From the NCBI GenBank assembly GCA_965112735.1, contig OZ218958.1, positions 434,001-498,000 of the forward strand: 64,000 nucleotides of DNA, given 5' to 3'. Under the pieces are notes generated by a model. It did not search any database. It was not told where the DNA came from and saw nothing but the letters and a program-made list of their open reading frames with translations. The stretch's first letter is position 1. Each line of letters begins with the position of its first letter. This document shows positions 21,324-32,245 of the stretch, in pieces. Made by a program: the position numbers and the translations under genes. Source of the DNA: Phaeosaccion multiseriatum (lineage: Eukaryota > Protista > Ochrophyta, other classes).

Positions 21324-24300
21324 ATGGCCTTCGTGCCCTCTGCAAGCCCGCGACTGGCAGCAGCGGCGCCGCTCCTCCAGAGGCAACCGCAGCAGCAGCT
21401 GCTGCAGCAGCGATATGGTGGACGCGTGGGAAGCGCACGCCACTACTCCCAGCCTTGTGGTGGGCTCAGTAATGCAGCTGCTTCCACTCTGGGAAGGAAG
21501 CGGCGGCGGCCCACCACAAGCAGCCGGAGCAGTGGTGAGGCTGGGAGCGGGAGGTGTCAGTGCACGTGGTGCAGGAGGCGGAGGCGAGGGCCGCGAGGAC
21601 CGAGCTTGTACGTGGATCACTCACAAGAGGAGGGTGGTGGAACAGAGGATGGTCGAGTGCCGCACTTGGCGTCCGGCGGAGGCAGTGCTGCGGCCTTCAA
21701 TGTGGGGGTAGTGGGAGGCTTCGAGAAGGGGAGGCAGCAGAGGGCAGATAGCGGGGAGGAAAGAGGCGGTAGGAGCGGGGGGGGGGGAGGGGCAAGTCTG
21801 CAACATCATGGCAACTACGCAGAGGAGAAGGAGGGCGGGGCGGAGAATCAGGAGGCCAAGCAGCAGGATGAAGGAAGGCCAGGGGCAAGCAGCAACAGAG
21901 CCAATGCCCACGCGCCAAGAAGGCGACAGCAGTGGCAAGAGAAGGATGCTGCGACGCAGTGCCAAATGAGCAAAAACATTGCATCCCTGGGCAGGAAGGG
22001 CCGGTGGAGGGAGGTAGGCAGCGTGCTCCAGAGGGCCAAGGCGAGAGGCGTGCAGCCCAACCTAGTGTGCTACTCGGCGGCCATCACCGCGGTGGGGCAG
22101 CGCTGCGGGAGGTGGAGGGAAGCACTCGGCCTGCTGGAGGAGCTCAAGCAGCACAGCAAGCAGCAGCAGCAGCGAGACGAAGTAGACGGCCGGTCAGGGT
22201 CAGGATCAGAGCCAAGTCTCCGGCCTGACGTGGTGTGCTACAATGCGGCCATTGGGTCCTGTGCGCGCGCCGGGGAGAGCGAGAAGGCATTCGAGCTGCT
22301 GTGGGAGATGAGGAGGGAAGGGCTGCTTCCCAACGTGATTAGCTACAACTCAGTGTTGGACGGGTGCGGCAAGGCCGGGGACTCGGCGCTGGCAGAGAGG
22401 GTCATACACGAGATGAAGAGCTACGGGGTGCGGGCAGACGAGAAGAGCTACAGCGCGTGGATCTCGGCCTGCGGGAAGGACGGGGCGGCATATCGGAGAG
22501 CCCTTGCCGTGATGACAGAGGCCCAGCTGGAGGGGGGTCTCCGGCTCGACGTGGTGACGTACAACTGCCTCATTACGGCGTGCGCAAAGTCGGGGGAATA
22601 CGACAAGGCGCTGGCAATGTTCAGGCAGATGCAGGCCTACGGTCTCCGCCCCAACGTGTACAGCTACAATGCCCTTCTCAAGGCGTGCGATCGGGCGGGC
22701 AACTACCGTCAGGTGCTGCTCATCTTTAGAGAGATGCGCAAGCTTGGGCCCAACGGCAGCGAGGAAGGCGGCGGGGGGGAGGGGGGCGGCGCGGTGCCCA
22801 CGGTAGTCACGTACAACACCGTTCTCGCGGCTTGCAGCAAGGCAAGGGAGCACAAGATGGCCGTGTTTTTGGTCAAGGACATGATTTCACAGGGCCTTGC
22901 CCCCACCGTCATCACCTACGGTACTTTAATCTCGGTCTTTGCCAACACGGGGCAGTGCGACGAAGCGCAGAGGGTGTTTGACGTGATGAAGGAAAGGCGC
23001 ATCCGCCCGAATGTGGTGTGCTACAGCTCACTCATCACCGCCTACGGCAGAGTGGGGCAACACGAAGACGCCCTCAGAGTGGTGCGGGACATGAAGCGCA
23101 ATGGCGTACTGCCCAACACTGTGTGTTACAATGCCCTCATTACCGCCTGTGGCAACGCGGGCGCCTATCGCCAGGCCATGGAGGTGTTTACAGAGATGGT
23201 AGGCGAGGGGTTCCAGCCAGACGTGGTGAGTTACAGCGCTCTCATGGCGGCGTGTGGCAAGGCGGGGGCCTACGACAAAGCTTTGGATATGCTTCGCCAG
23301 TTGGAGACTTTGGGGGGAGGAGGAGGCAGCCGGGGGGGGGTGCCAGTGAGCGACGGGGGCACTGCGCTTCGTTCTCGCGCGGTTCGGCCCACGGGGGCTG
23401 CTGCTACCGGGCAGGTTTCTGAGGGCGACGCGGTGGGGGAGGAGGAGGGGGGCGTGGGCGGTGGGCAGGAGCAAGAGGCAGACCAACAAGACGCAGGATG
23501 GCATGTCCTCCCGTCTGAGGAGGAGGTGGAGGAGGAGGAGGAGGAGGAGGAGGACGGTGTGCCGAGCAACGAGCAGTGGCAGCAGTGGCGGCCGCTGCCG
23601 AGCAAGAAGCCCACGCGGGAGTGGTTCTACAGCGCCGCAATCGACGCCCTCACCTGTTGTGGTAGGCTCTCCGCCGCTGATGCGCTCTATGCAGAGGCGG
23701 TCAGTGCGGGCGTCTTTGTGCATTGGGTGCGCCCGCCCTCACCCTCGGCAGGTGCGGCAGTTGGTGACACAGTCGTAGCAGCAGGAGGAGGAGTGGGAGA
23801 TGGCACAGGACTAGGTTACAATAGCGATATCAGTGGGCGAAAGAAGGTGAAGCAACGGCGGGGGAGTGCGAAGGGGATAGGGAAGAGGAGGAGAGGAAGG
23901 CCTCGGCTGCAGGTCATGGGCTTGCACGGATTCAGTGAGGGCACCCTGCAGGCAGCGCTGCGTCACGTCATTTCCGTGGAGGGAGTGACGGGCGAGGTGC
24001 ACGTGGTTACGACTCGCGGCAAGGGCAAGGGCGAGGGAGGCAAGGAGGAGGGCAGCAGCGGCTTGGCGGGAGAGTCAGGTGAGGGGATCGAATACTCCGG
24101 TTCGGTTGGGGGCACTGCGGCTTTGACGGAGGCGATGGCTGCTGGTGCTGTATCGCCAACTGCTGCTGATGGTGCTATGGACGGCGGCTGGAAGAGCGGG
24201 TCTGTGCAGACATACCAAACCGGAGACCTCCGCCTGCAAGAGGACGTGTGTGAGGCGGTGCTAGGCTATGTGAGCGGCCCTCTGGCCCTTCCCGCGGAGG

Positions 24301-24488
24301 TCAGGAAGGACAGAGTGGTGTTTCGAGTGGGCCCAGAGGAGGAGGCGGTGTTTCGAGTGGGCCCAGAGGAGGAGGCGGTGTGTCTGAGTCCTGACACCAA
24401 CGTGAGCTTCGTCGACCGCCCGGAGGAGGCATGGGCGCTGGCCTCTCGCTTGATGCGGGGGGGGGATCGCGCGGCCGAATCCGAGTAG
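21324..24488 (+). CDS. P-class pentatricopeptide-repeat protein with C-terminal SMR-like domain (PPR-SMR); start codon uncertain (ORF open from 21069)
   Basis: About 12-13 35-aa motifs, e.g. PDVVCYNAAIGSCARAGESEKAFELLWEMRREGL. C-terminal 'MGLHGFSEGTLQAALRHV...VHVVTTRGKG' resembles the SMR LDLHG...ITGxG pattern. Uninterrupted 3.4-kb ORF. Confidence 0.9.
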   Translation: MAFVPSASPRLAAAAPLLQRQPQQQLLQQRYGGRVGSARHYSQPCGGLSNAAASTLGRKRRRPTTSSRSSGEAGSGRCQCTWCRRRRRGPRGPSLYVDHSQEEGGGTEDGRVPHLASGGGSAAAFNVGVVGGFEKGRQQRADSGEERGGRSGGGGGASLQHHGNYAEEKEGGAENQEAKQQDEGRPGASSNRANAHAPRRRQQWQEKDAATQCQMSKNIASLGRKGRWREVGSVLQRAKARGVQPNLVCYSAAITAVGQRCGRWREALGLLEELKQHSKQQQQRDEVDGRSGSGSEPSLRPDVVCYNAAIGSCARAGESEKAFELLWEMRREGLLPNVISYNSVLDGCGKAGDSALAERVIHEMKSYGVRADEKSYSAWISACGKDGAAYRRALAVMTEAQLEGGLRLDVVTYNCLITACAKSGEYDKALAMFRQMQAYGLRPNVYSYNALLKACDRAGNYRQVLLIFREMRKLGPNGSEEGGGGEGGGAVPTVVTYNTVLAACSKAREHKMAVFLVKDMISQGLAPTVITYGTLISVFANTGQCDEAQRVFDVMKERRIRPNVVCYSSLITAYGRVGQHEDALRVVRDMKRNGVLPNTVCYNALITACGNAGAYRQAMEVFTEMVGEGFQPDVVSYSALMAACGKAGAYDKALDMLRQLETLGGGGGSRGGVPVSDGGTALRSRAVRPTGAAATGQVSEGDAVGEEEGGVGGGQEQEADQQDAGWHVLPSEEEVEEEEEEEEDGVPSNEQWQQWRPLPSKKPTREWFYSAAIDALTCCGRLSAADALYAEAVSAGVFVHWVRPPSPSAGAAVGDTVVAAGGGVGDGTGLGYNSDISGRKKVKQRRGSAKGIGKRRRGRPRLQVMGLHGFSEGTLQAALRHVISVEGVTGEVHVVTTRGKGKGEGGKEEGSSGLAGESGEGIEYSGSVGGTAALTEAMAAGAVSPTAADGAMDGGWKSGSVQTYQTGDLRLQEDVCEAVLGYVSGPLALPAEVRKDRVVFRVGPEEEAVFRVGPEEEAVCLSPDTNVSFVDRPEEAWALASRLMRGGDRAAESE

Positions 24489-25114
24489 AAGGAAAGAGGT
24501 GGGGGAAGAAGCTTCTGCGTTCACCTGAGGGGTGCAAGACTTCTTGGGAGCTGCATGCGTGCGTACGTGCGTGCATGTGTGTGCGTTGCCGGTTGCCGGG
24601 TGCAGCCCGAACAAGAAACAAGTGTTTCTTGGATGGAGTGGGTGCCCCCTCTCGCTCCCTGCCGGTGTCCGTCGAGCTGAGGCCTTTAGGGCCTTTGCCT
24701 TGGTGACGAAATAATACCACGTTCTTCGAATAAGAGTACAAGCCATCCTCATCTTGAGTACGAGTACTTGCCCAAGTTGTGTCGGTTACACAAATCATCG
24801 CTCCTCAACAGTCTCTAATTAATTTAATTAAAGTGCCGCGCGTCAACATCGGTACTATTCGTCGGGGTCCATGAACATAAAAGTGTACAGCTCCCCTTCC
24901 TGCTTTGCTCGTTCTGCCTCTCCTCCTCATCTTCCTTCTCGCCCTCCCTCACCCACGTTCGTTGCCCTTTCTCTTCTAACGCCTCCAGGCGTCCACCGCA
25001 ATATCCTAAAAGACAAAATCCCAAAAAACCTTGGCCCTTCCAACCCCCCCTCCCCCACCCCTCTTTCAACTCACTTAACCTAACCCACCACCCAACTACC
25101 GAAAACTAACCCAG

Positions 25115-28007
25115 TTAACTAATCACACACCCACGGCAGCACCCACCAGACCCCACCTGGGGCGGCCCGTCAGCATGAGCGCCCTTGGGAGACTTGCTGC
25201 CGCCCAAACCTCTGACCCCGCCTTCACTCCCCTTGCTCTCCCCTGCCTCCCCCGCCACCGCCAGCTGCCCCTCCAGAAAGTCAATCCTCTCCAAAGCTTC
25301 GTCCAGCTCCATTTGCAACTGTGCCTTGGGCTTCCCTGCCAGCCTCGCCGCCTTCTCATGCCCCGGGTAGATGGAGTGGGCTCCCATGAGGTAGGTCAGA
25401 GCCACCAGGTGGAGGTTGCAGAGAGGGAGGCGGTCTTCGTCTGGCTTGGTGAGCTCGCCGCAGGTCATGCTTGACTTGAGGAGCGTGACCGAAGGCTGCC
25501 ATTTGGTGGATGGTGGGTTTGGTTGGTTGGTCAGTTGGTTGGTTGGTTGGGTTGGGTTGATTCTTTGTTGCCGAGGAATGAGCAGTAGCTGGCAGACGAG
25601 GAGACAGTCGGGGCGCGCTTACCAGACTACAACTACTCACCGTCGAGAGGGTGTCGATCAGAGTCACGGAGTCCAACGTACCCCCCAGGAACTCAATCAA
25701 CATCCTATGGTCATGTAGGCTCAGCGTGGCGTCAATAAAGCCGTGTAGGCCCTGAGTGGGCTGCACCTCCTCCTCGGCGGCCTTGATGTGCTTCTCGAAC
25801 ACGGTCTGCACGATGAGCTTGGGGTCCGGCATGTGGGTACCCCAACCTACCATACGCATGCCGCCCTCCCAGAAGCCTAAATACACACACATGAACACAT
25901 GGAACACATGGAACACAAGGAGAAGTGAGACGAGCGTCTCTCAGCCCTTGCACGCAAAGCGCAAAAGCACAATTCCTACAAAAGCTCTCTCTCTCTGGTT
26001 TGGGTGAAAAACTGGTGAAAACCATTCCAATACATACACGCATATACACGGCATCCTCGAAGAGAATAGAGCACAAGCACAACTCACCGACTTCTTCGTC
26101 CACCTGCGGCGTAACCTGGGGCACCACGGAAAGCATAGCAGCGTGGAAACCCGCTTCCTGCGTCACCTCGCCGCTGGGGCCCTTGGCCGGGGCGGTGAGG
26201 ACCTGTGGGTACGCCGCGTTGCCCTGGAAGGTTACCACTGTGTACATGTCCAGCCCGACCAGCTAAGAGTTTGTGTCGAGTTTCAATGTGGGGGGTTGGG
26301 AGCGGATCGGGCGGGACATGAAGAACGAGGCGGAAAGAAAAACGGGGACAGAGGGATTGAGGGATCGGGGATGGTGTTCATAGGGTGAAGGAAGCTCCCA
26401 GGGATGATATCAAGTAGTCTTCATCCTCACCCCGCCGGCTCTTCCCCTCCCCTCGCACTACACACTGCACACTACACCCCAACCCAACCCACCGTACTTC
26501 ATGTCCCACCCACCACCCACCACATCCCACCCCCCTACACGCCCCATCCACTGCCATCCCACTTCCCTCCCTCACCTCGGCGATGGAGACCTCCATCTGG
26601 CACCATCCCCTCGTGAGGTACTCGTTGACGTCACTCATGCGCAAGTGCTTGCCATGCAGATCGAGGTGAGGGCGCACCGCCATGCCCTGCAGAGACTGGG
26701 CAGAGGGGTTGGCCAGCGTCAACACTGTCTCCTCCCCCTCCCCCTCCCCTTCGACCTTGACCTCCTCTCCTCGCGCCTCAGCGTCAGCAGCCATAAGCGC
26801 TGCCATCTCTGCGTGATCGGCCCTCATGGCAGCGTCCGTAGCCGCCCCTGCCTGCGCCAAGGCCAGGCGCGCCTCCTCTTCCGCCGCCTCTTCCTCGTCG
26901 TAGTCGCTCTCTTCCTCCTCCTGCTTCATATCTTCACCCTTCTTACCACGTGCAGCATTGGCGGCCGCCGCTCTCTTCATCTCCTGCTCTTTCTTAAGTA
27001 TCTTGGTCTGACTCCTCACGTCGGAGTTGACCTTCTTGCCGGCGAGGATGGTCTGCAACACGAGCAGTTGGTCATCCGACAGCACGGAGCCGAGGGCCAC
27101 TGACTTGGGTCGGGGAAGGGCCAGGAAGTGTGTGCAGCGCAGCATGGCGGGCAGGACATTGGCCATCACCTGTTCATCGGTATATAGGGAGGGAGAGAGG
27201 GAGGGACGGAGGGACGCCATGATCAGCGGACTTCGATGCACATGAAAAGAGACCATACTCGTGTTGACGAGGGGTGCCCATGCTCTCTCTTCATGCAGCC
27301 TAACGCAGCCAACTGTGTACGGTACGCGATTTGGCATGGCACGAACACAGCGGGCTCACCACAGAGGGAGGAATCAGGTGCACAAACAACCAGACACCCA
27401 ACCAGACTTGCCTGCGGGTAAGCTGGAGTGCCCTTGGTGCTGGTGTCGTGGCAGGTAACGTCGATCCAGAGGTAGTCCATCTCACCTCCGACTTTCTGTA
27501 ACCGGGGAAGGAAAAGGGGGGCAATGGGTCAGTAAAGCCGACCGCTGCTGAGGAGGCCCCATGCATGACATGTCCTGTATGCAGTCGTCTTCGATTCATC
27601 TTACGTATCTTCCGTATTCTATACACTCTTTATGGAATCGTACCTGCGTGGAGAAGAAGTGAAAGAGCCTCGAGTACTTGCTGTGGAAGTCGTCATCAGC
27701 ACAGTTCTCACTGTTCCAGCGGTGCGAGATGAACAGAATGTTGGACCCCACTGGCACCTCCGGCTCGGGCGTCAGCAGGCCCATGCGTTGGGCAGACGCA
27801 AACGAGAGCAGCTGTGTTGTGGTGCGTAGGGTGGGGTGGGGTGCGAAGGAGGGGGGCAAGGGGGGGAGGGAGCAGGGGAGAAGACCGAGTCAGTCGAGTT
27901 AGGAGCTGCTCAACTTGTTATCCCCCCCCAATACAAGTGGATAGGTTGGGCCCTCTCCGCCTTGGTTGAGTCATCCTTCTACCCACGCACCCACGCACCC
28001 ATCCAAC

Positions 28008-28038
<31 letters not shown>

Positions 28039-31000
28039 GTCCGTTGGCGCTATCCATAAAGTCCTTGCGGGAGATGAAGAAGCTCATCTCGGGCTTGAAA
28101 CCCCACAGCACAGGGTCCATCTCGTCCTGACACCACGTAAAAAGCATATAGATGGCAGCAGATGGATGGATGGCCGGACCGTCAGAGAGAGAAAGAGAGA
28201 GCAGAGAGGACGACCCAAATGACAATGAGAGAGAGAGAGCGATAGAGAGACATGAGACAGACAACCGGCGAGCAACAAGATGGACGGAGGACGAGGCACA
28301 CACACGTACAATGAATCTGTGGAAGCGCCGGTACCCTGCGTTGGCGTCCGCGGGGATGATGCGGTGGTGCGTTTGCTTCCGCCGAGGGCTAATGGGCGGC
28401 TCCCCAAACACAGCGTCCTCCCCCTCCAACTCCTCCTTCTCCTCCACCTGCAGGACATTTTATAGTTGATGGATGATAGGCAGGTACAAGTGCAAGTGGT
28501 GCAAGCAGTACGGAAAGAGATACCGTGAGACAGACCTTCTTGGGGGAAGGGGACACGGCGAATGCGAAAAGCGCCCCAGAACATGCACTTACAAGTACAA
28601 GGCACATATAGGCTCACCCACACACAACTCTCGACCCTCCATCCCTCCACCGATTCACATCCATCCATCCCTTCCCATCCACATCCCCCCCTCCAGGCTT
28701 CTCACCTTCTCTTCCTCCTCCTCCTCCTCCTCCTCCTCCTCCTCCTCCTCCTCCTCCCCCTCTTCCTCCTCCTCCTCCCCCTCCTTGGAATCCTGCTGGG
28801 CGGGTGACTTGAACACATCAAGCATGGCCTTGTCCGTCTTCTTGGAGTACGCATCGACGTTGTTGCGCTTGTTGGCAGCCAATTCGCTCTCGTACACGGC
28901 CGTGCTCGCCTTGCGGTCCTTGCCTGAGACCGCACGCAGCAGCGGTGGGAGAGGGGGGGGGAGGGTTGAGATGACAAAGCACCTACACATTCACAGCCCC
29001 CCTTTAAGATACCCAGATGTCCTCATACACCATTCGCCCCTCAACACCAGATCTTCTGGTCCGTCTTGACACGTGGAACCCCTACCCACCCACCCACCCA
29101 ACCATTGACTTACTACCCATAATCATCACCTGCAATGGGCTTAATGGAGATGGAGGTGTCCAAGATTCCCGTAAGGTACTGCACCACTCCCACGTGGGGC
29201 CCTCCTGCAAATGCCTCCATGAGGGGGGTGCGGTCGGCGGAGTTCTTGGCAAGGATGCGCTCACGAGGAGAGGTCGAGCACTCGGTCGTCAGCAGCATCT
29301 TCGCACAGGGCTGGAGAGGGGGGGGGGAGGGAGGAAGGGAGGGAGGGCGGCGAAGACGGAGGGGAAGGAAGCGAGAGTCAAGTCTCCTGATGCGCCTGAT
29401 GCGGCCTTCCTTCCGTCCTCCATCGCCTCTCACTCACGATACCCACCAACCCATTCACTCCTGACACACACCTACTCACTCCAACCCAACCACAGCCCCC
29501 CACCCACTCACCAGGTTTCCGTTCCTGCATGCGTGGTGCAGAGCGATGTCTCCTTGCGCGTCCCTGGCAAGGATGTTAGCGTCGGCCCCCAGCAACACCT
29601 CGAGTACTCCATCGGAGCCGCAGCTCGCAGCCACAGCGGCCGCTGAGCGACCCTGTCGGTCCTTGAGCTGCACGCACACACACACACACACACACACAAA
29701 GGGGATTAGAGGGAGGCATATGCAGATGTGTATGTATGACCACGAACAAGGGCATGGGGGGGGAGGGAGGAGGGAGTTGGTGGTGGTGAGAATGGGAGAG
29801 TTCGAATCACTTCGCACACACTTACCTCAACGTCAGCGCCAAAGGTGAGGAGCATCTTGGCCATCTCCCTGTACCCCCCATTGGCGGCCACATGCATGAG
29901 GCTAAAGTCCTCCGTGCCGTGTTGGTAGTCCAGGTGCGTAATGCACGACTCGAGGCAGTACAACACGTAGTGAGAGTCGCCCCGCCCCGCCGCTTCCCAC
30001 ACGGTTTCTGGGTTCTAGGGTGGGGATGGAGTATATGAGATAGGATGGGATGCGGTGGGTTGGGTGGGGTGGGGGTACGGTTGGGGTGGGGTTGGGTCGG
30101 GTTGGGTCGGGTGGGATCCTCCTCCTTCCACCCCTGCCTGCCTTCCTCTCTGCCCCCCCCCCTCTCTCTCACTCACTCACCGTAACTCCCTCTCCGAATA
30201 CGCCCCCCTTCTGCCTAAGGTAGGCAAGCACCTGGTACTTGTGATTGGACGTCTCCTCGGTGTGGTCCAGGCCCCTCTCCAGCGCGTAGTCCACGGCCGT
30301 CTTACGTCCTGACGCGCCGCCCATGAAGTTGATGCCTGAGGTGTCAGAGTGTGAAGGTTGTGTGTGTGTGTGGGTGAGCGTGTGGGTGTGTGTGAGCGTG
30401 TGGGTGTGTGTGAGCGTGTGGGTGTGGGTGTGTGTGGGTGGGTGTGAGCGTGCGCGTGGGTGTATGTATGTACATGTGGGTGTGTGCGTGTGTGTACACA
30501 TGGCCTCCCCCCCCCCTTGAGTGCTGAAACTGAAACTGAAGGCTTCTGTAACGTACGATGCCTCACCTTCCGCTCCGATGCCGATCTTCTCCACAAAGAG
30601 ACGCACGACGTTGAGCTGGATTGAGGGGAGAGGGGCAGTAAGTCAGCAAGGATGGCAGTAGGTTGCGTGGCTGTTGCTCAAAAGCGCTTCCCCCTCTACC
30701 CCACGGCGGGGACAGCAACAACACGTAACCGCATGTAAGAGAGACAGAGCGACCGATACACACCTGTCCCTCGAAGGCGGCGGTCTGGAAGGCGTTGCGG
30801 GGGTCCTTCTTGGGCCCCAGACACCACATACCCGCGCCTGTGAGACAGAAAGGCAGGAAAGTAAGACACAAGCGTACAGGAATATGGGCAGACAGGCAGG
30901 TAGAAAGACAGGCAGTTGGAGAGACCAGAGCGTCGGGAACGAAGGGGAGTGCGGGGGGGAAACAGTTCAGTGCAGGCAGGAGCGGTAGAAGGGTGTGATT

Positions 31001-31784
31001 GAAGCACCCTCTTACCCTCTCCTTTTGCTTACTGACTTACTCACCCTTGGTGATGAGCTCCTTGACCACCTCCTGGTGCCCGTTGGCGCAGGCGTGCATG
31101 AGGCCCGTCACGTCATCGAAGTCGCAACTGTCGATCTCGAAGTTGCGGGAGTTGATGATGGAGCGCACCACGGGCAGGTTTCCGGTCTTGCATGCGTTGA
31201 GGTAGTCCACGACCTGGTGGAGGAAGATGGAAGGGGGGGGGGGGGGGGGAGAGGTGGGGGGTGGGCAATGGGAATTGGAAGGGTAACCCAAAGCGAAAGC
31301 ATCCAGTACATGGGAGGAATGGGGGGCTAGGTGGGTCCATGGAGCAGGTGAAGGGAGCAAAGGGCTTTTTTTACGGCAATCAAGAAATCAAAGTGGGATG
31401 GAATGGAGAAGGGGGAGAGGACGTTGGGGAGGCGGCTGGGACAAAACACAAGACAGCACCAGTCTTGCCCATCGCTAGGGTACGAGGTACCACAAAGAAA
31501 ACTTAGATACACAATGCTGCACGCCGAAAGGAAGTGATTAGTCCCTTCACGTGTTTTTTGGCCAACCGCCATGCCTTGCCCCTGATATCGCATGGGGAGC
31601 TCCTCAGGGATGCAAGACGCACAATCCCACTGGACTGCGCCATCTTTCCCCCTCCCTCACTTCCTTCAGGGCACTACGCACAGAGCCAAAGCAAAGATAG
31701 AATCCCAAACCCCAAAGGTGGGGCCTCACTCACCTTGGCGTTCAGCGGCTCCGGCCCACGCCGCCTCTCCCTTCGAGGAGGCAT
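25115..31784 (-). CDS. Multi-exon (~17 exons) ankyrin-repeat + HET/TIR-like domain protein with C-terminal CCxxCVIS (CaaX) motif
   Basis: Exons join in frame at canonical sites, with one GC donor. Exon 1 31734..31784 is MPPRRERRRGPEPLNAK. ANK exons 29130..31213 include TGLMHACANGH, SLMHVAANGG and ALHHACRNGN. A poly-Glu linker follows, then ILFISHRW (~27730), YLWIDVTC (~27465) and YLTRGWCQME (~26600). The last exon ends GGCCRGCVIS* at 25115. Confidence 0.8.
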
Positions 31785-32245
31785 AGTGAAGGTGCTCCCA
31801 CTTCCCCCAACCAGCCAACGGGTGCGAAGCACACACCTGCACTATCCCAGGAGGTTGGCTGTTCCCGCCCTTCTCAAAAACCCTCCCTGGTCCTCCGAGA
31901 AGATCTTCCGAGTTGGAACAAAAAAAAAACGCACAGAGCACGGTACGAGAAAGCGCCGAGGTCAGCAGAGACCCAGCAGTACACACACGCAGCAAACCCC
32001 CTCCTCTCCGATCTTCACCTTGTCTCTCTGGATCCTCTCTGCCGTCCTCTGCCTGAAGAGAGGGAAAAAAACAATCAACCGTCCACACCGGGGAAAATTT
32101 AGGGTTGAGCTTGAGATTGCTGATTTTGCTCTTCCCTCCCTACACGACGACAAGGAAGAGCGGCTGGGAGAGGGAAAAGAGGGGAGAATAGCCGTGGAAA
32201 GCACCAGGAGACTGACACGCTGGAGACTGGGAGGCTGCGGTAACA
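31785..32245. promoter_or_regulatory. Short (~460 bp) intergenic region between divergent ATGs; probable bidirectional promoter
   Basis: Minus-strand ATG at 31784 and plus-strand ATG at 32246. Inferred from geometry only. Confidence 0.5.
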
